Below are positions 42,133 to 53,803 of a stretch of 64,000 nucleotides of DNA, one piece after another. The notes under the pieces are model-generated. The model was given only the letters and a program-made list of their open reading frames with translations. It was not told the DNA's origin and did no database searches. Made by a program: the position numbers and the translations under genes. The first letter of the stretch is position 1. Every line of letters starts with the position of its first letter. The stretch is taken from assembly GCA_963716745.1 (NCBI GenBank), contig OY970320.1, positions 2,080,001 to 2,144,000 of the forward strand, in the 5' to 3' direction. This DNA comes from an uncultured Gemmatimonadaceae bacterium. GTDB lineage: Bacteria > Gemmatimonadota > Gemmatimonadetes > Gemmatimonadales > Gemmatimonadaceae.

Positions 42133-43511
42133 ATGAGAGAACTCTTCACCCAGGGGAGTTATCTAGCCGCGTCGGTCCTGTTCATCCTGGGACTGAAGAG
42201 CCTCACGCACCCCGACACGGCCCGCCGCGGCATGCAGTTCGCCGCCGTCGGCATGCTGCTCGCGATCGTCGGCACGCTCGTGCAATACGAGATCGTACGC
42301 TACGACTGGATCCTCGCGGGCCTCGCGATCGGCACGGCGATCGGCGATCCCGCTCGGCGTGTACGTCCCGATGACCGCGATGCCGCAGCGGATCGCGATC
42401 TCGCACATGTTCGGCGCGCTCGCCGCGACGCTCGTCGGCATCGCCGAGTATCTGGGTGCACGGTCCGGAGATCGGCCACGCGAAGATGGCCGCGCTCGGG
42501 TTCGAAGTGCTGTTCGGCGCGCTCACGGTGACCGGCAGCTTCATGGCGTTCGGCAAGCTGCAGGAGATCATCACCGGCCGCGCCGTGACCTATCGCGGAC
42601 AGAACGCGGTGAATCTCGCGCTCTTCGGCACCACGCTCGTGATGTTCGGCTATCTCATCGCGAATCCGTACAGTCCGACGATCTTCTTCACGATGATCGG
42701 GCTGAGCCTGTTCATCGGCATCTTCATGGTGCTCCCGATCGGCGGCGCCGACATGCCGGTGGTCATCTCGCTGCTCAACTCCTACGCGGGCCTCGCGAGC
42801 TCGGCCACGGGCTTCGCGATCGGGAACAACGTGCTGATCATCGCCGGCGCGCTCGACGGCGCGAGCGGGTTCATCCTTTCGATCATCATGAGCAAGGCGA
42901 TGAACCGCTCGTTCGGCAACATCATCTTCGGCGCGTTCGGCGCGGCCGCGCCGAAGAGCGAGAAGACGGCTACGGGATTGAGCGTGAGCCCCATCACCGC
43001 CGAGGACGCGGCCGTCCAGCTCGCGTACGCGAAGCTCGTGATCGTGGTGCCCGGCTACGGACTGGCGGTGGCGCAGGCGCAGCACCAGGTGCGCGAGCTC
43101 GCGGAGCTGATCGAGAAGAAGGGCGGCGAAGTGAAGTACGCGATCCACCCCGTGGCCGGCCGCATGCCGGGCCACATGAACGTGCTGCTCGCCGAGGCGA
43201 ACGTGCCGTACGACCGGCTGTACGACATGGACGAGATCAACTCGGAATTCGAGCGCGCCGATGTGTGTCTCGTGATCGGCGCGAACGACGTCGTGAATCC
43301 CGCCGCGCGCAACGACAAGAGCAGCCCGATCTACGGCATGCCGATCCTGAACGCCGACAAGGCGCAGCGCATCATCGTGATGAAGCGCAGCATGAACCCG
43401 GGCTTCGCCGGGATCGAGAACGAGCTGTTCTATAATGAGAAGACTTCAATGTTGTTCGGAGACGCCAAAGCCTCCTTGTCCAAGCTCGTCGCTGAGGTGA
43501 AGCAAGCTTGA
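42133..43511 (+). CDS. pntB: NAD(P) transhydrogenase beta subunit; frameshifted
   Basis: PIGGADMPVVISLLNSY, VPGYG, HPVAGRMPGHMNV. Confidence 0.95.
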
Positions 43512-43588
43512 ACTGCAGACTGAGACGTTAGACTGAGACGATAGACCGCTCGCGGGAACTGAGTTCCCTGGTCGCGGGTACGCTAGCC

Positions 43589-44476
43589 ATGCGAAATCTG
43601 ATCGGTGCCGCGCTGCTCGCCGGCATGGCCGCACCAGCGGCGGCTCAATACGGGTCACCGTCCGCCACCCGCACGATCGAGACGCACCCGATCAGCGACC
43701 CCGAAGGGTCACTCATGGGGTATTACTCCGCTCTCACGATCTTCGCGCCCGACGGGGCGCCGTCGCCGTCCAGAGCGTGGACGGTGGATATCACCGCGAA
43801 CCTCGGCTATGTGCCGCCGCTCAGCTACGATCAGCGCACCGCGGGGCGCGACAAGCCAGAAGCCACGAACCTCACCACGGTCTTCGGATATCCCAAGGTC
43901 ACGCTCTGGCTGCCGTACGGCCTCGGCGTCGAAGCCGCGTACACGCCGCAGGTGGACGTGAACGGCGCGGTGCCGCACATCTACTCGTTCGCCGCCGACT
44001 GGCACGTGGCCACATGGAAGTCGATCGTCCTCGTGCCGCGACTCACGTACACCGGCGGCTACATCGAGGGACCGATCACCTGCAACGCGAGTCTCGCGAC
44101 GAGCGGCAACGAGAGCTGGGAGTTCTACTGGGAAAAGATCTGCAATAGTCTCGAGAGCCACGACCGCTTCGAGCCGGATCAATGGACGCTCGAGCTGAAC
44201 GGCACCGGTTCCATCATGGGCGGCAAGGTGCTGCCCTTCGCCGGACTCGGCGTGGTGCAGTACAACTCGACGTTCGACATCCAGGTGCAGAACGGCACGG
44301 GCGGCATCGACACAGATCATCCGATCCTCAAGATGAGCGCGACCCGAGGCTACGGAACGATCGGCGCGACGTGGGTCGCGTCGAGTCTGTTCCGCTTCGG
44401 CGGCGCGCTCTTCTGGGCGCCCGGGTCCGTCTTCACGGGCCGGCTCTCTGCAACGCTGAGGCTGAACGACAAATGA
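43589..44476 (+). CDS. Secreted hypothetical protein, possibly outer-membrane beta-barrel
   Basis: Signal peptide; alternating amphipathic strands. Confidence 0.55.
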   Translation: MRNLIGAALLAGMAAPAAAQYGSPSATRTIETHPISDPEGSLMGYYSALTIFAPDGAPSPSRAWTVDITANLGYVPPLSYDQRTAGRDKPEATNLTTVFGYPKVTLWLPYGLGVEAAYTPQVDVNGAVPHIYSFAADWHVATWKSIVLVPRLTYTGGYIEGPITCNASLATSGNESWEFYWEKICNSLESHDRFEPDQWTLELNGTGSIMGGKVLPFAGLGVVQYNSTFDIQVQNGTGGIDTDHPILKMSATRGYGTIGATWVASSLFRFGGALFWAPGSVFTGRLSATLRLNDK

Positions 44477-44925
44477 GCGCCAGACGATATCTCATCACCG
44501 GCGCGGCGATCGCCGTGATCGCCGCGGCGTTCGCATGCGCGGATTTCAGTTCGCCCGAAGATCCCACCGGCGGCCTGCCCGACGTGCTGATCGCGAACCC
44601 GTCGCTCAACACCGACATCCAGCCGATCTTCACGAAGCGATGCGCGATCGGCGGCTGTCACACCGTCGCCGAGGCGCGCGTGGGCTTGATCCTCACGGCG
44701 GGCCACTCGCGCGACAGCCTGGTGAACATCCCCTCGGTGAACGGCGCGCCACTCAAGCGCGTGGTGCCCGGCGACCATTTCAACAGCTATCTCTGGCGCG
44801 TGCTGCAACCCGATAGCACCCTGCACCCGGGCCTTCCCCGCATGCCCCTGGCCTCCACTCCGCTCACCACGAACCAGATCCAGAACATCGCGAACTGGAT
44901 CGACGAGGGAGCGCCTAACAACTAA
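44473..44925 (+). CDS. Lipoprotein with planctomycete-cytochrome-c-like domain (CX4CH)
   Basis: Lipobox AFAC; IQPIF..RCAIGGCH; VVPG..S.L; RMP; WIDEGA. Confidence 0.65.
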   Translation: MSARRYLITGAAIAVIAAAFACADFSSPEDPTGGLPDVLIANPSLNTDIQPIFTKRCAIGGCHTVAEARVGLILTAGHSRDSLVNIPSVNGAPLKRVVPGDHFNSYLWRVLQPDSTLHPGLPRMPLASTPLTTNQIQNIANWIDEGAPNN

Positions 44926-44937
44926 CTGCTAATGGCA

Positions 44938-44995
44938 GGCTGTCGACTGTCGGCTGTCGCCTACTCCCGCCGGCGACAGCCGACAGCCGACAGTC
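44938..44995. repeat. (CTGTCGG)n heptamer hairpin
   Basis: GGCTGTCGACTGTCGGCTGTCGCC ... GGCGACAGCCGACAGCCGACAGTC. Confidence 0.7.
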
Positions 44996-45011
44996 CGCAG
45001 TTGATGAACGC

Positions 45012-45044
45012 AAAACGGGCCCGGCAGAATCTGCCGGGCCCGTT
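45012..45044 (-). terminator. Intrinsic terminator of the pilin gene
   Basis: GC stem AACGGGCCCGGCAG/CTGCCGGGCCCGTT followed by a T run on the minus strand. Confidence 0.75.
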
Positions 45045-45066
45045 AAGCGTTCTTAGAGCGTGGAAA

Positions 45067-45444
45067 CTACTGGCACTTGATCACGCCATCGCCGACGCCG
45101 GCGATCGAGTCCGAACCGAAACCGACTTCACACGTGATCGCGGTCGCCGGGTGCGACGTGTTCGCCGCCCAACCCGTGCCCTTCGCATCCGTCACGGTCG
45201 CGATCACCGCCTGCGACGCCGTGAAGTTCATGTTCGCGAGCACCGTGGTGTACGTCTGGTTGTCCGCGAAATACGATTCCTGCGCGGTCGCCATGTTACG
45301 AAGGTCGGACTTCATCGACGCGACGTAGGCCTTCTCCTTCGTGTTGGCGAACTTCGGAATCGCGATCGCGGCCAGAATGCCGATGATGACCACGACGATC
45401 AGAAGCTCGATCAGCGTAAAGCCCTTCTTGGCAGTGGAGCGCAT
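45067..45444 (-). CDS. Type IV pilin (major-pilin-like)
   Basis: KKG|FTLIELLIVVVIIGILAAIAIP; C-terminal Cys pair; AGGAGG RBS. Confidence 0.92.
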   Translation of the reverse strand: MRSTAKKGFTLIELLIVVVIIGILAAIAIPKFANTKEKAYVASMKSDLRNMATAQESYFADNQTYTTVLANMNFTASQAVIATVTDAKGTGWAANTSHPATAITCEVGFGSDSIAGVGDGVIKCQ

Positions 45445-45522
45445 AGCGTGATCCTCCTGGATCATGAGTATGACCGCGGCGGACACGCTCGCGGGTGATG
45501 CGACTGTTCTCGGCCTTTGTTA

Positions 45523-45539
45523 AAGCACGACTGGTGCCG
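45523..45539 (-). promoter_or_regulatory. Sigma54 -24/-12 promoter of the pilin gene
   Basis: Minus strand CGGCACCAGTCGTGCTT (GG-N10-GC); AT-rich tract 45541-45610 upstream. Confidence 0.65.
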
Positions 45540-45705
45540 CGCTTTTTAATGTTCGTAACTCATTATATATCATATAGTTAGCTGCCATCACAACATTAAA
45601 ATGCACTAGTCTCATGCCGCAGTCTGCGAATCCGCGGGGGTAATGCGGCACTTTTCCGGAACCGAAAGCCTCCCGTCCCACCCGCCCCCTGCCACAGATT
45701 GTACC

Positions 45706-47325
45706 ATGGCTCGCACCCGCGCCCGCCCCGCCGCCGCACGCCCGAAATCGGATACTGCACCGGCGGTGGCGCTCGCAGCCCTCGATGCGCTGGACGACGC
45801 CTACATCGTCGTGGATGCGCAATGGCGGATTCTCGCGGCCAACCGCGCGTTCGCACGATTCCGCGGCGACGAGCCCGCCGCGTTCACTGGCCGCGAACTA
45901 TGGGACGTTCTGCCGCCCCTCGCGCGCGAGTATGAATCCGCGCTTGTGCGCTCCACCGCCGCCGACGGACTGCGCCGCTCCTTCCGCGCCGCCGGCTTCA
46001 CCGCGGGAGCGCAGACTGCCTTCGAGATCACGGTCACCGCCATGACGGGCGGTGGCATCTGCGTTCGCATTGCGCCGATCTCGGTCGCGAGCTGGGCGGA
46101 GCGCGAACTCGCCGAACGCAGCGAAGAGAACGCGTCGCTGAGCGAGGTCGCGCGGATCCTCGCGCAGGAGGACGACGTCGGCACTTTGCTCCAGGTACTC
46201 TGCGCGCGCGCGATGCTCATTTGCGACGCGGCCGGCGCGAACGTCGTTGAGATCGACGGCGGCCAAGTGCAGGTCGTGGCCGGCGCCGGATTCGGCGACG
46301 GCATGCGCGGCGCCCGTTTTCCCCTCATCGGTTCGCTCACCGGCCGCGTGGCCGAGGAGCGCTCGCTCGTGCGCACCGACGACTACCACGCCGACTATGG
46401 GCTCGTCTTCCCCGGACGGCCCGGCTTCGAGCCCGCCGTCGCGCTCGGCGCGCCGCTGATCGCGCACGGCGAAGTGCTCGGCGTGCTGCTCGTCCAGCGG
46501 CTCTCGCGCGGCGCCACGTTCACCGAGCGCGAAGAGCGCCGACTGCGCGCGATCGCCGATCACGCCGCGATCGCGCTCTGGAAGACGAAGCTCCTGGAAC
46601 AGGTGCGCGAGGCGAACCGCTCCAAGAGCGAGTTCATGGCCGTGATCTCGCACGAGCTGCGCACGCCGCTCACCGCGCTCACCGGCTACGAGGAACTGCT
46701 GGCCGACGAGGTGTTCGGACCGCTCACCGAGCAGCAGCAGAGCGCGATCGAGCGTATGCGCACCAGCACCGAACTGCTCACGCTGCTCATCGACGAGGTG
46801 CTCACCGTGGCGCGCCTCGAGGCCGGCCGCGAAGTGATGCGCCCGGTGGACACATCGATCCGCGACGTCGTGAGCGCCGCCGTCGCCGTGCTCGAGCCGC
46901 TCGCGCTCGACAAGGGTCTCGCGCTCCGGCTCACCGAGCCCGACGCGCCCATGCCGCTGCACACCGACGGCGAGATGATCCGGCGCATCCTCGTGAACCT
47001 CGGCGCCAACGCCATCAAGTTCACCGATGCGGGGTACGTCGAGATCTCCGCGATCCCGGAGGGCGACCACGTGAACTTCGCCGTGCGCGACACCGGGATC
47101 GGCATCGCCGCGTCCGACGTGCCGCGGCTCTTCCGCCCGTTCACGCAGCTCGATTCGGGCGTCACCCGGCGCTTCGGCGGCACCGGGCTCGGTCTGTACA
47201 TCTCACAACGGCTCGCGCTGCTGCTCGGCGGAGCGCTCTCCGTGGATTCGGTGGTGGGCGAGGGGAGCGTATTCACCCTGCGCATCCCGGCGCGGCCGGC
47301 GGCGCCCGAAGCCCTCCCGTCATAG
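45706..47325 (+). CDS. PAS-GAF sensor histidine kinase
   Basis: SHELRTPL, N box, DTGIGI, GTGLGL. Confidence 0.92.
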   Translation: MARTRARPAAARPKSDTAPAVALAALDALDDAYIVVDAQWRILAANRAFARFRGDEPAAFTGRELWDVLPPLAREYESALVRSTAADGLRRSFRAAGFTAGAQTAFEITVTAMTGGGICVRIAPISVASWAERELAERSEENASLSEVARILAQEDDVGTLLQVLCARAMLICDAAGANVVEIDGGQVQVVAGAGFGDGMRGARFPLIGSLTGRVAEERSLVRTDDYHADYGLVFPGRPGFEPAVALGAPLIAHGEVLGVLLVQRLSRGATFTEREERRLRAIADHAAIALWKTKLLEQVREANRSKSEFMAVISHELRTPLTALTGYEELLADEVFGPLTEQQQSAIERMRTSTELLTLLIDEVLTVARLEAGREVMRPVDTSIRDVVSAAVAVLEPLALDKGLALRLTEPDAPMPLHTDGEMIRRILVNLGANAIKFTDAGYVEISAIPEGDHVNFAVRDTGIGIAASDVPRLFRPFTQLDSGVTRRFGGTGLGLYISQRLALLLGGALSVDSVVGEGSVFTLRIPARPAAPEALPS

Positions 47326-47371
47326 CGGGATCGCCTTCATTCGCCATTCCCACTCGCGTTAGATTACAGCC

Positions 47372-50129
47372 ATGAGCCCGAGCCCCATCACGAGCGCGTT
47401 CAACGACGGCTACGTCGCCGAGATGTACGAGCGGTATCCGCCGCGATCCCGCATCGGTCGACGATTCCTGGCGGCAGTATTTCGAAATGGCGCTCTCGCT
47501 CACCGGCGGTGCGGCCCCCGCGGCGGGTGCGGCCGCGCCGCTCGATGCGGCGTACCTCCGCAAAGTTGCCGGCGCATCGTCGTTCGTGCATGCGATACGC
47601 CAGTACGGGCACCTCGAGGTCGCGCTCGATCCGCTCGGCAGTTCGGCGCCCGGCGCTGCCGAGCTGACGCCGGCGTTCCACGGACTCACCGCCGCCGACC
47701 TCGCCACGATCCCCGGCGCCGCGCTCGGATTCGACGAGCTGCGCACCGCGGCCGATGTCGTCGAGCATCTGCGCGCGCTCTACGCGACGCGTATCGGATT
47801 CGAGTTCGAGCACATCGAGGAAGAGAACGAGCGCCTCTGGTTCCGCGAAGAGATCGAGAGCGGCGCGATGCGCCGCACGCTCGGGCCGGACGAGAAGCTC
47901 GCGTTGCTGCGCCGCCTCACGCAGGTCGACGGCCTCGAACGCTTCCTCGGCCGCGCGTATCAGGGGTACAAGCGCTTCTCGATCGAAGGGAGCGACGCGC
48001 TCGTGCCGATGCTCGACGCGGCGATCGATGGCGCGGCGGCGCGCGGTGCGCGCGAGGTAGTGATCGGCATGGCGCACCGCGGACGCATCAACGTGCTCAC
48101 GCATGTTCTGGAAAAGCCGGCGGGCAATGTATTCGCCGAATTCGACGGCAAGCACGGCGCGAACGCGGCGAGCGACACCGGTGACGTGAAATACCATCTC
48201 GGCGCGAGCACGACGCGCGCGCTCGCCGGCGGTGGCACGGTGGAAGTGAAGCTCGTGCCCAATCCGAGTCATCTCGAGTTCGTGAATCCGGTGGTGGAGG
48301 GCACGGCGCGCGCGCTGCAGCGCTCGGCATCCGGCATGGATGACGCGAGCGTGCTGCCCGTGGTGGTGCACGGCGACGCGGCGTTCGCGGGCGAGGGCGT
48401 GGTGGCCGAGACACTGAATCTCTCGAACCTGCGCGCATATCGCACGGGCGGCACGCTGCACATCATTGCGAACAACCAGGTGGGATTCACCACCGATCCG
48501 CGCGACGGACGGTCCACGTACTACGCGAGCGACCTGGCGAAGGGCTTCGAGATGCCGATCGTGCACGTGAACGGCGACGATGCTGAATCGTGCGTCGCGG
48601 CGATCGCGCTCGCACTCGAGTATCGCGCGCGGTACAAGAAGGATTTCTTGATCGATGTGGTGGGCTACCGCCGCTGGGGGCACAACGAGGCGGACGAGCC
48701 CACGTACACGCAGCCGCTGCAGACGGCGCTCATCAAGGCGCACCCCACGCCGCGCCAGGTGTTCGGCGCGAAGCTGGTGAGCGAAGGAGCTGCTCACCGA
48801 ATGCGGCGGTCGCCGCGCTCGATCAGGAGATCCAGCAGAGCTTCGAGAAAGTGCACGAGCAGAGCCGGAAGACGGGCGAGTTCGCGAGCATCGACGCCGA
48901 CGAGAAGGCGACGCCGGCCGCGGCGCCGATCGACACGAGCGTGAAGGGTGAACAGCTCGTGCTGCTGAACGAGCGCATGCTCACGTGGCCGTCGGATTTC
49001 AAGCCGCTGCCCAAGCTCGCGAAGCAGCTCGAACGCCGCCGCGCGGCGCTGGCCGAGAACGGCGAGATCGATTGGGGGCACGCGGAAGCGCTCGCGATCG
49101 CATCGCTCCTGATGGACGGCGTGAACGTGCGGCTCACCGGGCAGGACGCGGAGCGCGGGACGTTCTCGCACCGTCAGGCGGTGCTGCACGATCACGAGAA
49201 CGGGAACACGTACGCGCCGCTCGCGCACATTCCCGGCGCGCCGGGCCGCTTCGATATCCATAACTCGCCGCTCAGCGAAGTAGCGGTGCTCGGCTTCGAG
49301 TACGGCTACAGCGTGGCCGCGCCCGACTCGCTCGTGATGTGGGAAGCGCAGTTCGGCGATTTCGCGAACGTCGCGCAGCCGGTGATCGATCAGTTCATCG
49401 TGAGCGATCACGCGAAGTGGGGGCAAGACTCCGGGATCGCGCTGCTGCTGCCGCACGGGTACGAGGGGCAGGGCCCCGAGCACTCGAGCGCACGGCTCGA
49501 GCGCTTCCTGCAAATGGCGGCGGAGAACAACATGCGCGTGGCGTATCCGAGCACGCCGGCGCAGTACTTCCACGTACTCCGGCGTCAGGCGCGGTTGGCG
49601 CCGCGGCGGCCGCTCGTGCTCATGCAGCCCAAGAGTCTCCTGCGTTTGCCCGCGGCGGCGAGCCGGCTGGCCGATCTCACCGGCGGATCGTTCAAGCCGG
49701 TGATCGACGCGCCGGCGCCGGCGGGCGGCCGCGCCGATGTGAAGCGTCTGGTGTTCTGCAGCGGAAAGGTCTATTACGATCTCGCGGCCGGCGCGAATGG
49801 CGGCGAGGTCGCGATCGTACGCGTGGAAGAGCTGTACCCCTGGCCGCACGAGGCGATCGCCCAAGTGCTCGACCAGTACCCGAACATCGAGGATGTCGTG
49901 TGGGCACAGGAAGAGCCGAAGAACATGGGCGCATGGACCTTCGTGTCGCCGCGCCTGCGCGCGGCCGTCGGCAACGCGACGCCGATCCGCTACGTGGGAC
50001 GCCCCGAGCGGGCGAGTCCGGCCGAAGGATTCCTCTCGGCGCACACGGAGCAGCAGGCAGCGATCGTCGCCGAGGCGTTGAAGGTGCCGGCATCGGGCAT
50101 CGCGCATTCGACCATCGGCAAAGCGCTAA
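47372..50129 (+). CDS. sucA: 2-oxoglutarate dehydrogenase E1; frameshifted, 3' end approximate
   Basis: KRFSIEG, GMAHRGR, HGDAAF, LWEAQFGDF-like MWEAQFGDF, HSSARLERFL. Confidence 0.93.
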
Positions 50130-52777
50130 TGCACCACTCGCGCATGTCGATGTCGCCGCACGATGCTCGATGGTCCTTGCGGCCTGCGCATTACTGCCTT
50201 GCTCCCGCGAGCGTCGCGGCTCAGGAGCGCGGCGCGAATGCGCTCGGCGACGCGATCGCCGGACTCGGCGTCAACGTGCGCGTGCTCGTGATCGCCGCGC
50301 ATCCCGATGACGAGGACACGCGGCTCATCACGTGGCTGCACGAAGGGACATCGCGCCGAAGTCGCGTACCTGTCCCTCACGCGCGGCGACGGCGGGCAGA
50401 ATCTCATCGGCAACGAACTCGGCGACGCGCTCGGCGTGATCCGCACGCAGGAGCTGCTCGCGGCGCGGCGCGCTGGACGGCGCGCACCAGTATTTCACGC
50501 GCGCGTACGATTTCGGATTCTCGAAGAGCGCGGCGGAAACGTACAAGCACTGGCCGCACGACTCGCTGCTCAAGGACGTGATCACGGTCGTGCGCGCGTT
50601 CCGGCCGCAGGTGATCGTCACCGTGTTCACGGGCACGCCGCGGACGGTCACGGGCACCATCAGGTGTCGGCGATCCTCGGACGCGAGGCGTACGATCTTG
50701 CGGGCGACAGCGTGCGGTTCCCGGCGAAGAGCACGCAGGGTCTTGCGCCGTGGACCGTGAGCAAGTTCTACCGCGGGCGGTCGTACTTCGGGCCGCCGTA
50801 TCTCGTATTCGTACAATGCGGGCGAGTACGATCCGCTGTTGGGGATGAGCTACGCCGAGCTCGCGGCGATCAGCCGGTCGCAGCACAGGAGCCAGGGCAC
50901 CGGCGCGCTGCCGCGGAAGGGCGCGTCAGCCTGGGTATCTCATGCGCGAAGCGACGCGCGTGAACGCGGGAACGGACTCGGCAGAGAGGAGAATGGGATC
51001 TTCGATGGGATCGATACGACGCTCCTGGGCCGGCATAGGGGAGCGATGGAGTGCTGAGCGTCGCCCGCAGGCTTGGTGGATTCCATGTCCGGCGCAGCTA
51101 CGATCCGTGGCGCGCCAGCCGTAGATCCGTGGCGGCCGCTGGAGACAGCGTGGCGCAGGCGGTGCTGAGATGCTTCGGCCCGCTCAACGCCGCGCCGAGG
51201 ACGCGCGCGTTCCGCGCCGCGAACTGCGAGTGGCGCCAATGCATGCTGCGCGCGAAGGCGCTGCTGTTGTCGCACGGTATTGTCGTCGAGGCGACTGTGG
51301 ATCGCGAGGGATCGTCGCGGTCGGCGACACCATCCCTGTCACCGTGAGCGATCTACAATCGCGGACCGGCGACTGTGAGCCTGAGCGTCAGCCTCCCTTG
51401 GATAGTGCGGAGGATCGTCGCGGCGCGACGGGCGTGACTCGCTCAGTCGCGACGGAATCCCGGTCGCGCCCGACAGCGCGTTTCGCGATACTCTTCTCGT
51501 GACCGGCGTCGAGCACCGTCGCGCCGTGGTGGCTATCGCGACGCCCGAAATGGCGACATGTTCTCCGTCCGGTCTCGACTACGGTCGCTGAGGATCGAGC
51601 GAGAGCCAGCGGTAGCGTGCGGCATTGACCTGCTGCATCGTCGGCGGTCACGTGGATCTAGGTCGAACTTGCTCCCGATCGTTCACCGGTACGCCGACCA
51701 GTGAAGGGCGGGATCGAGCACCCACTCGCCGTCGCGCCCGCGGTGACGCTCACGCTGGACACGCAGGACGAGTACGTCCCCGCGAACGCCGCGATCGATC
51801 GCGCGATCCACGTATGGCTCCGCTCGGCGTCCACGGCCGCGCGCACCGTGAAGGTCACGATCAAGATCGCCGAAGGGGACTCACGCTCGACTCGCATGGC
51901 GCGCACGGTCACAGCTCCCTGCGCTCGGCGCCGCCACGGTGGAGTTTCCGCATGCGCGGCTCGCTTCCCGTAGGCGCGTACACGCTCGACGCGGTCGCCG
52001 AGAGCAACGGGCAGAAGTTCACGACCGGATACCAGCGCATCGAGTACGATCACATTCGTCCGCAGACGCTGTACCGCGACGCGACGGTCACGCTCGAGGC
52101 GGTGGACGTCGCGATCCCGCCGGGCGCGAACATCGCGTACATCCAGGGCGTCGGCGACAATTCCGCGCCGGCGCTGCAGCAGCTCGGCGTGCCGGTCACG
52201 ATCATCGATCCCGGCGAATCTCGCGAGCGCCGATCTCTCGCCGTACACCGCGGTGGTCATCGGCACGCGCGCCTACGACGCGCATCCCGGAGCTGGTCGC
52301 GAACAATGCGAAGCTGCTCGACTGGGTGAAGCGCGGCGGCACGATGGTCGTGCAGTACGGTCAGTACGAGATGACTGCAGCCGGGGATCATGCCGTACCC
52401 GATCACCCTCGCGACGTCCCGCGGCGCGCGTCACCGAGGAGAACGCGCCGGTCACGGTGCTGCTGCCGAACAATCCGGTGCTCAAGTACCCGAACGCGAT
52501 CAGCGCCGAACGATTGGAACGGCTGGGTGCAGGACTGCGCGCTGTACATGCCGACGACGTTCGACTCGGCGTACGTAGCGCCGCTCTCAGATGCACGACA
52601 CGGGCGAATCGCCGAACCAGGGCGGGTTGCTCGTCGCGCCGCTACGGCCGAGGCACCTACGTGTATGTGACGCTCGCGATGTTCCGTCAGCTGCCGGCGG
52701 GCGTGCCCGGCGCGGCGCGCATCATGGTGAACCTGCTCGGCGCGCGTCAGGCCGACGCGCCGAAGGTCTCGCCGTAG
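50130..52777 (+). CDS. PIG-L/LmbE family deacetylase, large multidomain; heavily frameshifted, start approximate
   Basis: AAHPDDED, TRGDGGQN, HGHHQ, SQHRSQG, FRQLPAGVPGA. Confidence 0.75.
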
Positions 52778-53803
52778 TGCGTTCGGCTTTCGCGGCGCTG
52801 GCGGCCGCGACGCTGCTCGCCGCGTGCGGCGGCGGCGACAAGCGCACCGTGCTCACCGTGTACTCGTCCGCACGCGAAGGATCTGCTCTCGTACTACGAG
52901 CAGGAATTCGAGCGCGCGCATCCCGAGATCGATGTCCAGTGGGTGGACATGGGCTCGCAGGACGTGATCGACCGGTTGCGCAGCGAGAAGGAGAATCCGC
53001 AGGCCGACGTTTGGTTCGGCGCGCCGGCCGACATCTTCGCACGCGCGGCGGCGGAGAGTCTGCTCACCGCGTACAAGCCGACGTGGGCCGCGGCCGTGGA
53101 CACGAGCGCGCGCGACGCGAACGACTACTGGTACGGCACGTACCGGACGCCGGAAGTGATCGCGTACAATTCCGACGTCGTGACCGCGGCGGACGCGCCG
53201 ACACGATTGGGACGAGGTGCTCGCGCCCAAGTGGAAAGGGAAAGGTGCTGATCCGCGATCCGCTGGGCAGCGGCAGCATGCGCGCGATCTTCGCGGCGCA
53301 GATCGTGCGAGGATGGAAGTCTTCGAACGGACCGGATTCCGGATACGCGTGGCTTGCGGAAGCTGGACGCGAGCACGAAGGAATACGTCGCGAATCCGGC
53401 GCTGCTGTACCAGAAGCTCGGGCGGCGAGAGGGACTCATCTCGTTGTACAACATGCCGGATATCGCGGCGCTGAAGGCGAAAGGCATCCCGGTCGCGTAC
53501 TCGATCCCGAAGTCGGGGACGCCGTTGCTCGTGGACGCGATCGCGGTGGTGCGCGGCGCGAAACATCCGGACGCGGCGAGACTTTACTATGAATTCGTCA
53601 CGTCGCCGGCGGCTTTGACGGCGGCGGCGAATAAGTTTTGGAGAATACCGGCTCGCAACGACTTGAAGACAGATTCCTTGCCGGCTTGGGTGAGAGAGGC
53701 GCTCACGGAGATCAAGGTGATTCCGCTGGATCGATCGCTCATGGAAGCGCACTTGGATGAATGGATGAAATATTGGGATGCGAATATACGGCGGAGGAAC
53801 TGA
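52777..53803 (+). CDS. ABC transporter substrate-binding lipoprotein (Fe3+/thiamine/polyamine class); frameshifted
   Basis: Lipobox LAAC; DMGSQD...RLRSEKENPQADVWFG. Confidence 0.85.

Noticed and set aside
48590..50581. Apparent SucA-PIG-L fusion
   Set aside because: The junction lies in an error-rich repeat region with a TAA at 50127 in another frame; likely an artefact.
50130..53350. Pseudogene cluster or programmed frameshifting
   Set aside because: Indels also hit core genes (pntB, sucA, ada) across the window, consistent with sequencing error.
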